In this document: piece by piece, positions 26,150-39,891 of the stretch
Position numbering within the stretch: position 1 is the stretch's first letter
Layout: each line of letters opens with the position of its first letter
NCBI RefSeq assembly: GCF_009914755.1
Contig: NC_060939.1
Strand: one strand, 5' to 3'
DNA from: the human T2T-CHM13v2.0 reference genome, Homo sapiens
Length of the DNA stretch: 64,000 bases
Position numbers and translations under genes: made by a program
The notes under the pieces: generated by a model
The model's input: only the letters and a program-made list of their open reading frames with translations
The model's database searches: none
What the model was told of the DNA's origin: nothing

Positions 26150-28175
26150 TCTAACACAGGATTAACTGACAAAATTCTTTCCTCTTAAAAATATGTGTTT
26201 ATTTTGATAAGGATAACTGAGACCTGTACATTCCATTTTTCCTGTCATATTTAGGGCTCATAAAGGGGGTGGTATGCACGTTTTAAAAAATGCAACACAA
26301 CCAGTTAAACCAGCTGTCTAATTGTACACATTTCCTGGAGCTGTTGGTGTTGATTATTAGCAAATACTAAGTACTTGTAATGACCTAAGAACTATAAGAC
26401 AAGCAAGTCGTCTTCTGTAACTGAGTATCAGCGGATTCAAGCGTTAAGGAAAATGATTAAGAGAAAACAACCAAAAAAGTCTTAATGGTTCTGTCAATCA
26501 AGTGGCTATCAATTCATGGCTATTCAAAAGCTTTTGTGGCTATGAAAATAAACTAGATTGAAAAAATTCTAAAACAAAATTGAAACACTCATTTGAGTTT
26601 AAAATTTTAGTTGAGTTGATTTTTATTTCTTGTTTTGGTTCATTTGTAGTTTCCCCCCGCTTCGTTGTTTCCTCAGATATGGAGAATAAAGCCTGGCTGG
26701 TCAGTTTCAGTTTTTATTTAAATTCATTTTATCTTCATTCCTTTTAATCTAGCACAGTCCTGTGATGTATTGGGATCACAGTGCTCTGGGGAAACATTGA
26801 AATATAAAAACATTTTCCTGAAAACATTTCCAGTTATATTTAATTTTCCTCCTTGAATAGAAAAATATTTCCAACTTAATCCTCCCTCTCCCCTCTTGAA
26901 ATGAATTGCATGCTTTGGAAATAACATCAATCCACCCAAGTACACAAGGACAATCTCAGCCATTTAATCGAGATATAAAGGCTTAGAGAACTCTGGGCTT
27001 CGGAGGCACAGACTCCACCTTTCAGGATGCTAATAAACGTGGACGAGGTCTCGCCTGGGCTTCCTCCTCCATTGTTCAGCGCAGCAAACCAGCACAGCAC
27101 TCCGTGGCCAGGGTTTGCGGGGAGAAATCTCTCACTCTGTTTTAGTAGCATCATCATCCTTATCAGCACCCTGCTTTTATTTTTGAACAGCCAAACTTCC
27201 TCTTTCCAAACTTCGTGTGACATCTGGGACCAGCTATGTTTGAAGGAGTCTGAACATGCCACATAGTGGCTCACGCTTTTAAGGGAGGAAGGCCAGTAAG
27301 CCTCCTCAATGGCAGAATTCTACTTTCAGTCTACCCTTTGGTTCTGTTGTGGTTGTTCCTTAGAACTTTATTCTGCTCATTAGGAAGCCCAGCCTCCGGG
27401 GAGGGTTTAGCTTCTCATCTAAGCAAGAAGTAAAATGTCATAATGGAGGAAAAAAAAAAAAAAGTCCAAACTTTTTTTGGACTTTTAGAAACACATCCAG
27501 TTTGAGCTCCACTGAGCTATCATTGCAGTTACAAAGCCCATGTATATTGAGATCGGTGTAAAAATTCAGCATGTCCACCTGCATAATTATGACCAGTGTA
27601 TTGAAAGCACATTTCATTTAGTTTTGCAACAGCCGATGAGGTAGATTCTACCAACATTGTTTTACGGAAGAACAAATGGAAGCCTGGAAAAATAAATTGT
27701 CTACCTCACACACTTCGCAGGTGGTAAACACAGGATTTGAACTAAGACATACTTGATTTTAAAGTGTTTGCTTTTCCTTTGCACTACTGCATCTGCGATG
27801 TTTGCACTCAGACACTCTAGAATATTTGGTGTTGCATGTTTTTGCCCCAAGAAAGAACCCATTAAAATGAAACTTTCCAGTTCGTAAGCTTTGCCCTCAA
27901 GAAGGGAAAGAACTTCTTGCAAGGTTTCTGAAACAAAAAGAAAATGAAAAGTAACTTTACTGTATCTGGGTTTTCTGATTAAATTACGGTTTTTGCAAGC
28001 TTGTGCATTTCTCAGTGTCCAGATAGCCAGGATTTTTCCTTTTAATAAATATCACTTTAAAAAACAAACACACACATTCTTAAATGCATGATTAACTGTA
28101 TAGATTGATTTAGTTATAAGATGTCCTAGCCTAAATATAAGAAGGTGTATGTGTTAGAATTAATTTCTTCAATAA

Positions 28176-28508
<333 letters not shown>

Positions 28509-31169
28509 TGAAGTATTGACTGATCCTTGACTCTGAACTGTATGATCAAAGACTTTTGAAATGGCACACCGTTTCTTAACATTTAGGCCAATTTCAGTTG
28601 CTCATATCCAAAAATAAGTCATGATTTTCGGAGTCAGTGCGCAGCACTTAGTACAACAATCCAAACCCTTGTACAGACCATCCTAGTAGAAATGTGGATC
28701 TTGAGTATCTCAGCTTCTTAGTAGATTTTGAACTCCGTGAAAGCAGGAGCCAGGCCTCTCAAAGCAAGTCTCTCCAATATGCTCAGTAAATATTTGTCAG
28801 ATCGAGCAATGACCAGATGATGAAATACATTAAAGCCTTAGGGAGAACTGAGACTACTGCACCAGTTTTTGTGCACTATCATGCTGGAAATCTTTCCAAC
28901 ATGTATTCTGTACTTCTTTGCTTCTTACTCCAGTGAATATAATTTAGTCATTTCTGGCCAACTTGAGGACATCAGCGAGCATAAATTGTTGTATTATGCA
29001 TAATACAGTGATACCCTCAAGGCTGAGTGGGAGGCAGTTTGCCCTCTGCTGAAGGTTTCTTGTGCTTATTGTGTTCTTATGGTTTGGTTTTATCATTTTT
29101 ATGTCTCCATTTCTGTTTAATAGACTTATTTCAGTAAGAAGAGAAAGCCGTCTCCATCAGCACCTCTGTAGGTGATTATTTGCCACTTCCTTTTTGCTGT
29201 GAGTGCTTTGAAAACAGATTTCTAAGCTTGTTAGAGTTATGTGTTAAGAGTAAATAGGCAGTAAGTGAAACCAAGCTTCTTCCTGGTGCTTGACTACCCC
29301 AGAAATGTTTATTTGCTGAATAGTTGAGTTCTGGAAAGGTGAGGTATAAATGTGTGATAAATTTATTCCTTTGCATGATTTTTTTTTCTTTTTCTTCCCT
29401 CCCTCCCTCCCTCCATCTATGTCTCTGTCTTTCTCTGAACATCTCTCCGTCTCAGTCTGTCTCTCTCATGATAGTTGCTGGAATAATTTAAATGAATGTA
29501 ACTCATTTACCCACATCGAAGCCCAACTCAGTAGTGAAAAAACAAATCTTCCAAATGAATGCACTTTCCCCTTGATGTGCTATATACAAGACCTTGGCAC
29601 ACCTAGTTCAATGACATAGTATTTTAGAAGGGCCTCCTTACACCTTCCTCTCAGATAAATATACATGCAGGGACATTCTGAAGAAGTTTGTTATCGGTCT
29701 TCTCCCCTCCTACTATTAGCTCCGCCCTCCTAGTCCTTCTCTTTCACCATGCTGACCCGCGTAGGGAGGACCCTTACACCCTCTGCATGCAGCGCTGGTG
29801 CTCCTTAGTGTTCATAACCCCAACCTCCATGGCCTCTCTCGCAGTTCTCAGGTTAGGCCCTGCTTCTAGGGGACATTAGCTTTCCACCCTCTACTACATA
29901 CTTCCTAGTTGTTGCAGCCTTTGCAAGCAAAACTTGTTTTCATTTGGGAGACAGCATGGTCTGACAGAGCCTAGATCCTGGGGTGAAGACATTCTGGGTT
30001 TGTATCCCGTCTTTACCACCTCTGAGCCTCTGATGCTGGACAAGTCAGCAAGTCTTTGCACCTTAGTCTCCTTTCTGTAAAAAGGAGCTTATGGGGATGT
30101 AATCAGAGAAGCCTTAGCATGGCTCTTGGTACAAGGCACGGACCAAATCCATGGTACGCTCACTCCTTTCCTTTCAGTAATACTGCCTAAATAGGGCACA
30201 TGTACCTAAAAGGATTTTGTACATTCCTTGACAGCAGAATTCTCATCTTCTGTTGCATATCCCATAATGCTGGGAACACAAAATAAAAATGGTAGCTTTT
30301 CACATTCACTTTTGGCCTCAATTTTTTGTTATTCCCCAATGAGGATCATTTCATTTGGGGCTGGTCTCCGGAAAAAAGTAGATCAAGCTTTTCAGATGAG
30401 ATTTGGGTGAAACCCTGACAAACTCTTTTTTATTGCCTTCCCTACCACATAGTGGTGGATCAGGAAACTGTAGGGCTTATGATGCTGGGAAATTTCTGCT
30501 AATGCAATAAAGATTTTTGCTGTTGAAAGAATTTGATCTGTTTTATGTATAACATGCAGAGAGCAGAAGCATATATTATCTGTAGCAGATGATAGAGCAG
30601 GGTATATGGGCAAGTTAGAAAAACACAGTTCTCACTACATTTGAAGAAAAAGGACAAGGAGTTGTCACAAGGATCCAGGAGAGTCGCACATAATTTTCTG
30701 TCGTGCATTTTGTTGACTGTTCCTCTTTGCATCCTTCAACCATCTTAACTTCCCACTTGCACCTCGCTGGAAGACAAATCTAAGCTAAATTAAATGCTAG
30801 GCAATATGTCAGAATGGAAAGGGCCCTCAACTTGGGATGCCCGGTTCTCTACCAGCCTGAATAAACTCCAGCAACAGTATTTCTCTAGGAATCATCTGTA
30901 AAAAGTAGAGGTTTGTCATATCTCTAAACTAGGGATTCACCTTATTTATTAAGCTATCAGTGACTTTATCTTGAGGTGCATGGCTTTTAGTAACTCTGGT
31001 TCAAGTGCAAGGAATGCAAAGTTAAGTGTATCATTGGAGGTGGGATTTTTGAGTTTGTCAGTCATTTATTGATTTGCATGTATCCTTATAGTTCAAAGGT
31101 CTTTTTCTCAACTTAGTTGATGATCATGCTGTAAGTTGTTTTCTTTTGCTTTATCAACTTTTAAAAACG

Positions 31170-31900
31170 TTTATTAACTTTTAAATTTGAAATAATTTCA
31201 GACTTGCATAAAGGTTACAAAGAGTACCAGGAGTTCTGGAACACCCTCCACCCAGCTTCCACAGATGTTAACATCTTACATAACCGTAATACGGTTATCA
31301 AAACAGTGTTCACTCCATACTCCAGTGCTGTTAATCTCCAGACTGAATTCGGATTTCACTATTTTCCCACTGATGTCCCTTTTTTTTGTTCCAGATCCAA
31401 GAGACGATCCTACCTGGCATTTATTGTGTTCAGTTTTTCTAATTCTGGGACGTTTTCCGGGGTTTTCTTTAGTCATTCACGAAGTTCGCACTTTTGGAGA
31501 ACATGGGGCCAGTTATTTTGTAGAATATCTTTCTGTTAGAGTTTGTGGATGTTTCCTCCTTATTAAATTTGGGGGGTACATTTTTAACTTGGAGATCACA
31601 GAGGTGCTGCTGTTTGTGTCTTTGCGCATCCTGTCAGGAGATGCGTGATGTTTCCTTTCCTGGTGCTGTTAGCTTTGATCCCTTAGTTAAGGTGGTCTCT
31701 GTGGCTTCCTCCATTATCATTACTATTTTTCTCTTTGTAATTAGGAAGAATCTTTTGGAGGTAGATACTTGAGACTATCTAAACAAGCATTCTGTTCCTC
31801 ATTATTCTTTCACCCACTAATTTTAACATCCATTACTGTGATGTTTGCCAAATGGTGATTTTCTATTTCTGTTTTCTACACTTAGTAATTGGATTCTACT
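31170..31900 (-). mobile_element. Old L1 3' region (L1MC4/5-like)
   Basis: tttgaaataatttcagacttgcataaaggttacaaag...cacccagcttcc...tgttaacatcttacataacc. Confidence 0.7.
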
Positions 31901-32346
31901 CTCAGGATTTTATGTATTTTTTAACAGTGAGGGACATAAACTTTTTAACTAGCAGTGGCAAGTCCACTTTTATTTGGGAGGACAATTACTAGTCACATGA
32001 AGAAGAAAAAATATGCAGAACCTTAAGAAATCCCACATATGAATGTTATTTGAAATGTTCTTGCCCTTTCTCCCTACAAAGGAGGTGAAGAAGATGACAG
32101 GAGATGTTAATTGCCAAAATAGTCTCATAGTTTTGGTCCTGGCTGCAAATCTCTCGTTTTTGATACTCAAGAGAATGCTATTGGGGAACTGACTCTGAAG
32201 CACAGCCCAGATGCTTGAGATGGGTTGGGAAGGTTTACATCAACACCATGAATTTAATTTATCATGTGACATTTTATTTCTGAGTTTTTAAAGCTGTAAT
32301 TAAAAGAAGTGTTCAAAGTGTTGCTTTCCTCTTTTAGAATAAACGT

Positions 32347-32634
32347 GGCTGGGTGTGGTGCCTCATGCCTGTTATCCCAGCACTTTGGGAGGCCATAGGC
32401 AAGAGGATTGCTTGAGCCAGGAGTTTGGGACCAGCTTGGGCAACATAGGGAAACCACATCACTACAAAAAAAAAAATTAGCCTGTCATGGTAGCATGCAC
32501 CTGTGGTCCCACTTACTTGGGAGGCTGAGGTGGGAGGATCACCTGAGTTCAGGAGGTCAAAGCTGCAGTGAGGTGTGATCATGCCCCTGCTCTCCAGCCT
32601 GGACAACAGAGCAAGACACTGTCTCAAATAAATA
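32347..32634 (+). mobile_element. AluJ-like SINE
   Basis: Dimeric Alu with the J-type gaggattgcttgagccaggagttt segment. Confidence 0.9.
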
Positions 32635-32765
32635 GGCAAACATTACCAACATGGCAAACAAGTTGGAGGAGGCCCCCTATTTAATTAAATTTCAGCAGTC
32701 CCAAATCTAATTGGTATGAAGAAATCATTATTCAGAATTTTCCATCACTGAAATACTAAAATCAC

Positions 32766-33056
32766 TTGTTGTTTGAGACATCTTGGCCTGTCACCCAGGC
32801 TGGAGTGCAGTGTTGCTCTCATAGCTCACTGGAGCAGGAGCCTCAACCTCCCAGGTTTAAGTTAATGCTCCCACCTCAGCCTCCTGAGTAACTGCCACTA
32901 CAGGCGTGTGCCACCATGCCCAGCTAATTTTTTAATTTTTCGTAGAGATGGGGTCTGTGTTGCCCAGGTCCCTCTTGAACTCCTGGCCTCAAGCTATCTT
33001 CTCCAGTCGGCCTCCCAAAGGGCTGTGATTACAGGCGGGAGCCACAGCGCTCAGCC
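32766..33056 (-). mobile_element. AluJ-like SINE
   Basis: Antisense dimeric Alu about 130 bp after the preceding sense Alu. Confidence 0.88.
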
Positions 33057-33739
33057 TAAAAATAACTCTTTAGCCAAAAGAAAGTTTTAAAAAATTGTCT
33101 GTTGTATTCTTTGATTTTACTCTATGTGGTCTTTTCTATTATTTTTAAAATAAAAAAGATTTATACTCCTCAAGTGTAACATTTTATCAAATCTCATGCT
33201 TCTGTTTGATGAAACCGAATGGCTAAATTTTTTAAATATCATGCAATCCATCCCAGTTTGTAATTTTATTATGGCCCTCACACAAGAGCGTGCAAGCTAT
33301 ACTAAGCTTCCTGTGGCCCTCGTTTTTCCTCACTGATATTTGTAACTCATTCCAAATTAAATTTTAGGAGTCTGAAATGTAGCTGTTATATTTGGGAGAT
33401 GTGAAGAAAAGAATCGTAGGCATCTCAGTAGGCTAGGTATCAGATCACACATGCTTGCTGGACCAAAGAGGACTCCTTACAGTAGGATACATGATTCTGA
33501 GTTAGTTTGTGTACTAAGTATATACTATATAGCTTTTGAAGGGGAGACGGGCACAGAATTCACAATATCATGCACTAAGGGTTATTTTGTGTTTGCAGTT
33601 TCCAGATGAATGTTTTAAAGTTGGCTGCAGAATACAGCGAGATAGGTAAAATCTATTTGAGTATTACTTACAGACCCCAAAGGATATCCCAAAGGATATG
33701 TTGGACTAATTCCTAAAATATCCTGTAAGTCATTGCAGG

Positions 33740-35260
33740 TACAGGCGTGGATCTGGGTTTGGAAACGCCGCCTGGATCGCTGGCTGGGCTCCTGCAGCCG
33801 CCAAGGAGGGGCTGGCTGGAGGTGGGGCTCGGCGTGCATAGCGGCCACGTGACTGCGCCCCGGCCACGCCCACCGTCCCTCACGTGGTCCCAGGCCACGC
33901 TGGGCTTCGGCATGTGCTAAAGTGGATAGAAAAGGGAGTGGGGCCCGGGCGTGGCTTTGTGGTTTGGGAAGATATGAACTCCTTGGGGTTTTTTTCTCTT
34001 TTAATTCTTTAATTTTGATATTTGGAAATGCGTAAAAGGTTTTTCATTTGTCCTTGACCACGTGGTCCAAACCTCAATTTCCCTAGCAGAACGCGGTTTC
34101 GATCACTGGTGGATCCGTCTCACAGCACCAGTCATGCTGCCTCGCTGGGAAGTGGAGGGCTCAGGATTCCCGTGGTTCACGATCCATTTTATGTTGGAAG
34201 GAAATCATTTTGAACTATCTCAGTACACACCCTAGTGTATCTTTAAACCTAATTGAGTGTTGATGGAAAATCTGCGGTCCGAGAACCGTAAGAAAAGGGG
34301 GCTCCCACCTCCCGCTCTGGGGTCGCCACTTGCCTCGCAGGCAGGAGGAGGCTCCCAGAGTAGATACAACTTGCCCGTCACCCGGATGGGTTGGTAGTGC
34401 ACATATGCACGGGGCGCAGTTTAAAATGAAAGTAAAAGATGCAAATGTGTTTGCAAAAGAAAAATTAACATAGGATACGTGCGGGCGTTCTCAGTTGAAC
34501 TCGGTCTTACTGTTCCACGCGAGCACCCCATGACTCAGAGCCCAAATCTCAGCGGAACAGCCCAGGACGCTCCTGCCGTCCACAGGAAGACGCCTCTGTC
34601 TCTGTCCCCCGCCGCCACCACACAGATGCACGTACTCTCTTCACTTCCGTGTACCCAGTAAATGCAGATCCTGATTTAAATCTGCAGCATGCTGCTTTCT
34701 TCCCATTGCATGTGGGAAGCTTCAGGTTCTCTTCGGTTTATTTTCTCATCACCTTTATTAAAATGCAGTAAAGCAAGGAGTATATTAATGCGGGCCTCTG
34801 CAAATAGAGGGAATTTATTGAAAAGCAGAATGGCTTGAAAGATTGAACTTCATCTTAAAAATCAGAAACAGACTCTTGTTATTAATAGCTTTAGAAACGA
34901 AAATCTAACTTCTGATAAATTATTTCAGAGGAGTGGTTCAAACGTGTAGTAGATAGCTCTGCCTGGTCATCAATTATAGTGACGTCCTTGCATCAGCTCC
35001 AGAAACTCAGAATATTCATGAGCTTTCCAGTCTGACTCAGACCTTCAGGAGCCATGAAATTTTCCTGTTGGGATGAGAGGAAGCGCTGGCGGTCGTTTCG
35101 GCAGCTTAATGAAACCAGAAATAGATAAGCACGAGTGAGGGGTGATGTCCGCTTGTTTGCTCCCATCATGTTGTTTTTAATGTGTGAAAGTGAAAGTTTT
35201 AAAAGTCATACTAAATGTGTGATCCTTTTTAGAATTCACTGGGTACGGGTACGTGGAGGA
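33740..35260. promoter_or_regulatory. CpG-rich candidate enhancer with bHLH and AP-1 motif cluster
   Basis: CACGTG at 33846, 33881 and 34059. TACGTG 34476 and CACGTA 34629. TGACTCA 34531 and 35033. ATGCAAAT 34439. CpGs are retained in non-repeat sequence. Confidence 0.55.
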
Positions 35261-35524
35261 AGTGTTTTTGTTTTTGTGAATTTGTTTAAACAAATGACTG
35301 AGGCTTTGTTTTCCACTCTGTCTGGCCAAGCACCATTGCTACACTTTTTTAAATTCATGACATCCTGAGCAGTGAAGCTGTTCTTCAGCCCGCCTCTCCA
35401 TTTGTGACTGGAAGACAAGGAGGCAGACACCAATGGCGCCTCTCACAATGGAGGTTTATTTTTTTTTAATCTAACGGAGGGATTGTAGATGGTGTAAAAC
35501 TTCCTTGTGCCAGGAGAGAAAGGG

Positions 35525-35551
35525 GGAGAGAGAGAGAGAGAGAGAGAGAGA
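35525..35551. repeat. (GA)n microsatellite
   Basis: Direct read. Confidence 0.9.
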
Positions 35552-36285
35552 AATAACCCATTCTAAACAACTTTAGGAATAGATGATCCGTAGGCATCAA
35601 CTTTGCGCAGCAACAAAAGCCACTTTCTGAACCTCGTTCTGTGAAGTTTTAAAACAAATTGGGTTTGTTTAATTAAAATATTTCTTAAAGGCAAAAAGCA
35701 CTGAGCTAATTTTTAAGAATTTTAAGTTATATATTAATATGAGTAGTGATTTATAATTTTCTGTTGAAATACATAAATTCGAGAAGCCCCACCCCTACCA
35801 CTTGCCAGTCTTGAGTCCCCACGGCTCCTTTGCCTAGGTCTAAAGTCACTGCTTGCACACTCCTGCCTTGCATATGCCTTGCCATCGTGTGGGCCTCTTG
35901 GCTGGAAGTGTTCTTGTCCTCCCGTTAGGTATCTTTTATGACGTGAATCCTTACCTCTAATTATTATCTGTGTGTACATCTCATCACCTGCATCTGACTG
36001 TGTGCCTTGTGTATGTCTCTTAGCCCTCACAATTGCCTGACATGCCTTACAAACGGGTAGACCAAGTGTTAAATGAACAAATATTTAATAAGAACTTAAA
36101 AGCTTTTTGACTTTATATATTTTTAAAGCCATTGTGATTAAACACTATGTTTGATGTGGTGCTAATTCTGTGCTTTATCAACTGTGTGAATTGTAGTATT
36201 TTTAAAGTAGGAATAATTGAGAAATATTTTGAAGTTAGGTTAAGCATAGCAGTAAAGTTTCCACTTTTTAAAATAGCCAAATCCA

Positions 36286-36719
36286 GGCCAGGCGCAGTGG
36301 CTCGTGTCTCCAATGTCAGCACTTTGGGAGGCCAGGGCGGGCAGATCGCTTGAGGTCGGGAGTTCGAGACTAGCCTGGCCAACGTGGCGAAACCCCGTCT
36401 CTGCTAAAAATACAAAAATTAGATGGTTGTGGTGGTGCATGCCTGTAATCCCAGCTACTCAGAGAAGTGTTTGAACCCGGGAGTTGGGGGTTGCAGTGAG
36501 TTGAGATTTCACCACTGCACTCCAGCTGGGGCAAAAGAATGAGTGAAACTCTGTCTCCAAAAAAAAATCAGAGCGTGGTGGTGCACACCTGTAGTCCCAG
36601 ATACTTGGGAGGCTGAGATGGAGGTCAAGGCTTCAGTGAGCCATGATGGCACCACTGCACTCCAGCCTGGACAACAGAGTAAGACCTTGTCTCCAAAAAA
36701 AAAAAAAAAAAAAAAAAAA
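36286..36719 (+). mobile_element. Alu with an extra right monomer (three-arm composite)
   Basis: AluS-like dimer 36286-36568 followed directly by a J-like right arm 36569-36719. Shared flank agccaaatc on both sides. Confidence 0.85.
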
Positions 36720-36949
36720 GCCAAATCTGTTGGGTTTTTTTTTTTTTGGGGGGGTCCTTTAGAATGGCCCTGACAGATCTTTAAGGCATGGAAATGAGCC
36801 TTATGCAAGCTCCTGGCAATCAGTATGTGAGTTCTGTCTCCTTGGCAAGATACAGCCTCTTAGACCCTCAGTCTGGGGAAATAATGCTGATTTCTCCTAC
36901 GAGTTACGAGAATTACGCTAGAAAACTCTGTGGCGCATACAGGTGCCCT

Positions 36950-37195
36950 GTAGCCTGTTGGTTAGAAGCACTGACCCTGAAGTCAGGTCGCCCAGGTTGG
37001 AATTCCAGCTCTGCCTTCTTCAAGCTGTGTGACTCTGGGAAGTCACACACACTCTCTCTTTGTGCCTCAGGCTCTGGTTCTGAAGATGGGAACGGCAGGC
37101 CCTCCCTCTTTGGCTTGTTGCACAGATGAAATCTGACAGCGTATGCCAAGCGCTTAGCACGGGTAGCAGTGAGTGCCCCGTAAATGTTAGGTACC
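36950..37195 (+). mobile_element. MIR SINE
   Basis: ggttagaagcactgaccctgaagtcag...gctgtgtgactctgggaagtcac...tgtgcctcag...aagcgcttagcac...taaatgttag. Confidence 0.75.
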
Positions 37196-37814
37196 TTCCT
37201 ACTACTACTAAACATTCATTCTTCCCTTCCCTGCTAGTACCTGCAGCTCTGACTCATCTCACACCCTTGAGAGAGGATTATCTTCATTAAAAAGTTTTTG
37301 GTCTGCCCAGAAGCAAGTGTTACCTGTGAGAGAGCTGGGCTTGTGCATAGGTTAGATTATTTCTTTGGGTTATTCCTGGGGAAACCTGCAAAGAAATGCA
37401 GCCAGAGGCCTCTGGTTCATTTTACTGCTCATCTCCTAAAAGTGGTTTCTCAGATTTTTATCCTTTTTTTCTCTTTTTCGAGGAAGGGGCAAGGAAATAT
37501 TTTTTCATATTATTCTTGTCATCGTCTATTTATTTAATAACAGTTGACTGTTGAAACATAGGAAAGTACTTATCCGCCAGGAAACTCCCTTCTATTATTG
37601 GACTTACTTGCTTTCCATTTATATGTTGTCTAATTCCAAAGAGATTTCGAGACAGCTTTCAATTAAAAAAAACAAACAAACAACAACAACAACAAAAAAA
37701 ACCACCACATGCCGCATGGGTATTACACAGGACCTGTATGGTCAAATTGGCAACGACCACACCACATGAGAAGGAAGATTATTCTTCCTGGAACCTGGCT
37801 CCCTTGAGATTCTT

Positions 37815-38106
37815 TTTTTTTTTTTTTTTTTAGACGGAGTTTCGCCCTTGTTGCCCAGGCTGGAGTGCAATGGCACGATCTCCGGCTCACCGCAACCTCC
37901 ACCTCTCGGGTTCAAGCGATTCTCCTGCCTCAGCCTCCCGAGTAGCTGGGATTACAGGCATGTGCCACCACACTCGGCTAATTTTGTGTTTTTAGTAGAG
38001 ATGGGGTTTCTCCATGTTGGTCAGGGTGGTCTCGAACTCCCATCCTCAGGTGATCCACGCGCCTCACCCTCCCAAAGTGCTGGGATTACAGGCATGAACC
38101 ACCGCA
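37815..38106 (-). mobile_element. AluSp-like SINE
   Basis: gagtttcgcccttgttgccc, gcaatggc and tttctccatgttggtcagg are Sp-type positions. TSD ctcccttgagattctt / ctcccttgaggttctt. Confidence 0.88.
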
Positions 38107-38461
38107 CTCCCTTGAGGTTCTTGTAAGCCAAGGCAGAAGAAGAGACATCTTAAAGTCTGTATGTGCACACCTGCCTCCCCCCATTTTATATACAATTCAA
38201 GGGCTTTGCTTTTGGAAAGTTTGCCTATGTAGTCGTCCAGGGCTAAATTAACACCTGTCTCTATCTGTGTGTAAGGCTCTCTGGGAGGAGCTGTGAGGCA
38301 AATAAAAATAAGGAATGGTGTCCCGCAAGGAGCTTACAATGTGTGCATTACAAGTATATACTGAGCATGGCCCTGGGAACACAGTGAAAAAACAGGATTC
38401 CTGCCCTAGTACAGTGTACACTAGTGGAAGAGAGAGAGGCAGTAAACCTAAAAGTAAGTCT

Positions 38462-38665
38462 TTTAAAAACTGTGGTAAAATGCACATAACATAAAATTTA
38501 CCATCCAACCGTTTTTATGTGTACAGTTCAGTGACAGTAAGAACATTCACATTGTTTTGCAGCCGTGACCATCATTTATATTCAGAACTCTTTTCATCTC
38601 GCACAACTGAAGTTGTACCTATTAAACAGTAACTCCTCATTCTCTCTTCCACCTAGGCCCTGGCC
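38462..38665 (-). mobile_element. L1MB-like 3' end inserted in an L2 remnant (~38350-38980)
   Basis: tgtggtaaaatgcacataacataaaatttaccatc...gtacagttcagtg...cattcacattgtt. Flanks share taagtcttt. Confidence 0.75.
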
Positions 38666-39891
38666 AAAAACAAAAATAAGTCTTTGATTGTAAACACGAT
38701 CAGTGCTTTGAAGGAGATGGGAAGGATGTTATCATAAAATGATGGGGCTGCAGGAATGGCACCTACTCAGAGAGGGCGGTCAGGAGAGACCTCTTGGGAA
38801 TGATGACATCCAGCAGGCAGGTCATTAAGGCATCTCTAGGCAGGTCCAGAGTGCAAGGAGGCATAAGCCAGGCAGGTGGAACAGCGTGTGTGAAGGCCCA
38901 GAGTCAGGAAATGGTCTGCTTCCTTCCAAGGAAAAGAAAACAGCCAGTGTGGTTGGAGCAGGGGCTAGGAGAGAAAAGATGTGCATGTGTGTGTGTGTTT
39001 GTGTATCCCCATCATGATTTAGTACTGTCAGCGCTTCTGTGTTCTGAACCTGGAGTACAGGCAGACACAGCCGCATCCCAGAAGCTCAAGAGTGCCCATA
39101 CCAGGAAATTACAGAAATCTTTGCCAAATGGATGAATGAATGCAACTTCCTTGATACAGGGTCAGAGAGGGGAAATCTGAGAAAAGCAGGTGGGCAATGT
39201 ACTCCTGACATACTCCCTTCCGTTGCAATGGCCTTGAGTGATGGAGCAAGAGTGAAGGAATGTTCCCATGGCACTGGCACCAGGATGACTTTTTGTGAAG
39301 CAGAGCAGTTGGTCTTAGATAGTGGAGGTGCGGGAGGCATGAGAACTGGGCAGTCTGACGGCTGCACCAGCCAGTTGGCTGTCCTTTCCACCTCCATGCC
39401 CAGGAGCTGGCCCAGGGCGCGCATGCACAAAGCCAGTGCTCTTTTCAATCAGAAAACAGCCTGCGTATGTTCTTGCTTGCAACTCAGATATCCAGCCCAC
39501 TGATCCAGGAAGAGATTCCTTTGACCTGGGAAGTCATAATGGCAGATATTTAAACCCAGCTCTCAAGCAAGCCTCCAAGTTGTTCCGGTGAACCCGTAAC
39601 TTTGAGTAACCTCTGATTGAACCAGAGAGTAGGAACTAGGTGCAGAACCTTGTTGAATAGAATTGTTTAGCATCGTCCATTTGTTAGAGCATTTCAGGAT
39701 GCCTGTCCTAAAATTTGGTATCATAATGGTATTTACCTCTCACTCACCTCCATCTCAGCCCAGTAATTAATAACAAGGGACTTGCTTCTTCACCTGTTTC
39801 TTTATTGGTTGTAGGAAGTCTTTTCCTTACCACAGAGGAAGGAGCTTCTGGATCCCTTTGCTACGTCCAGAGAGTTTTCATCTAATCTGGG

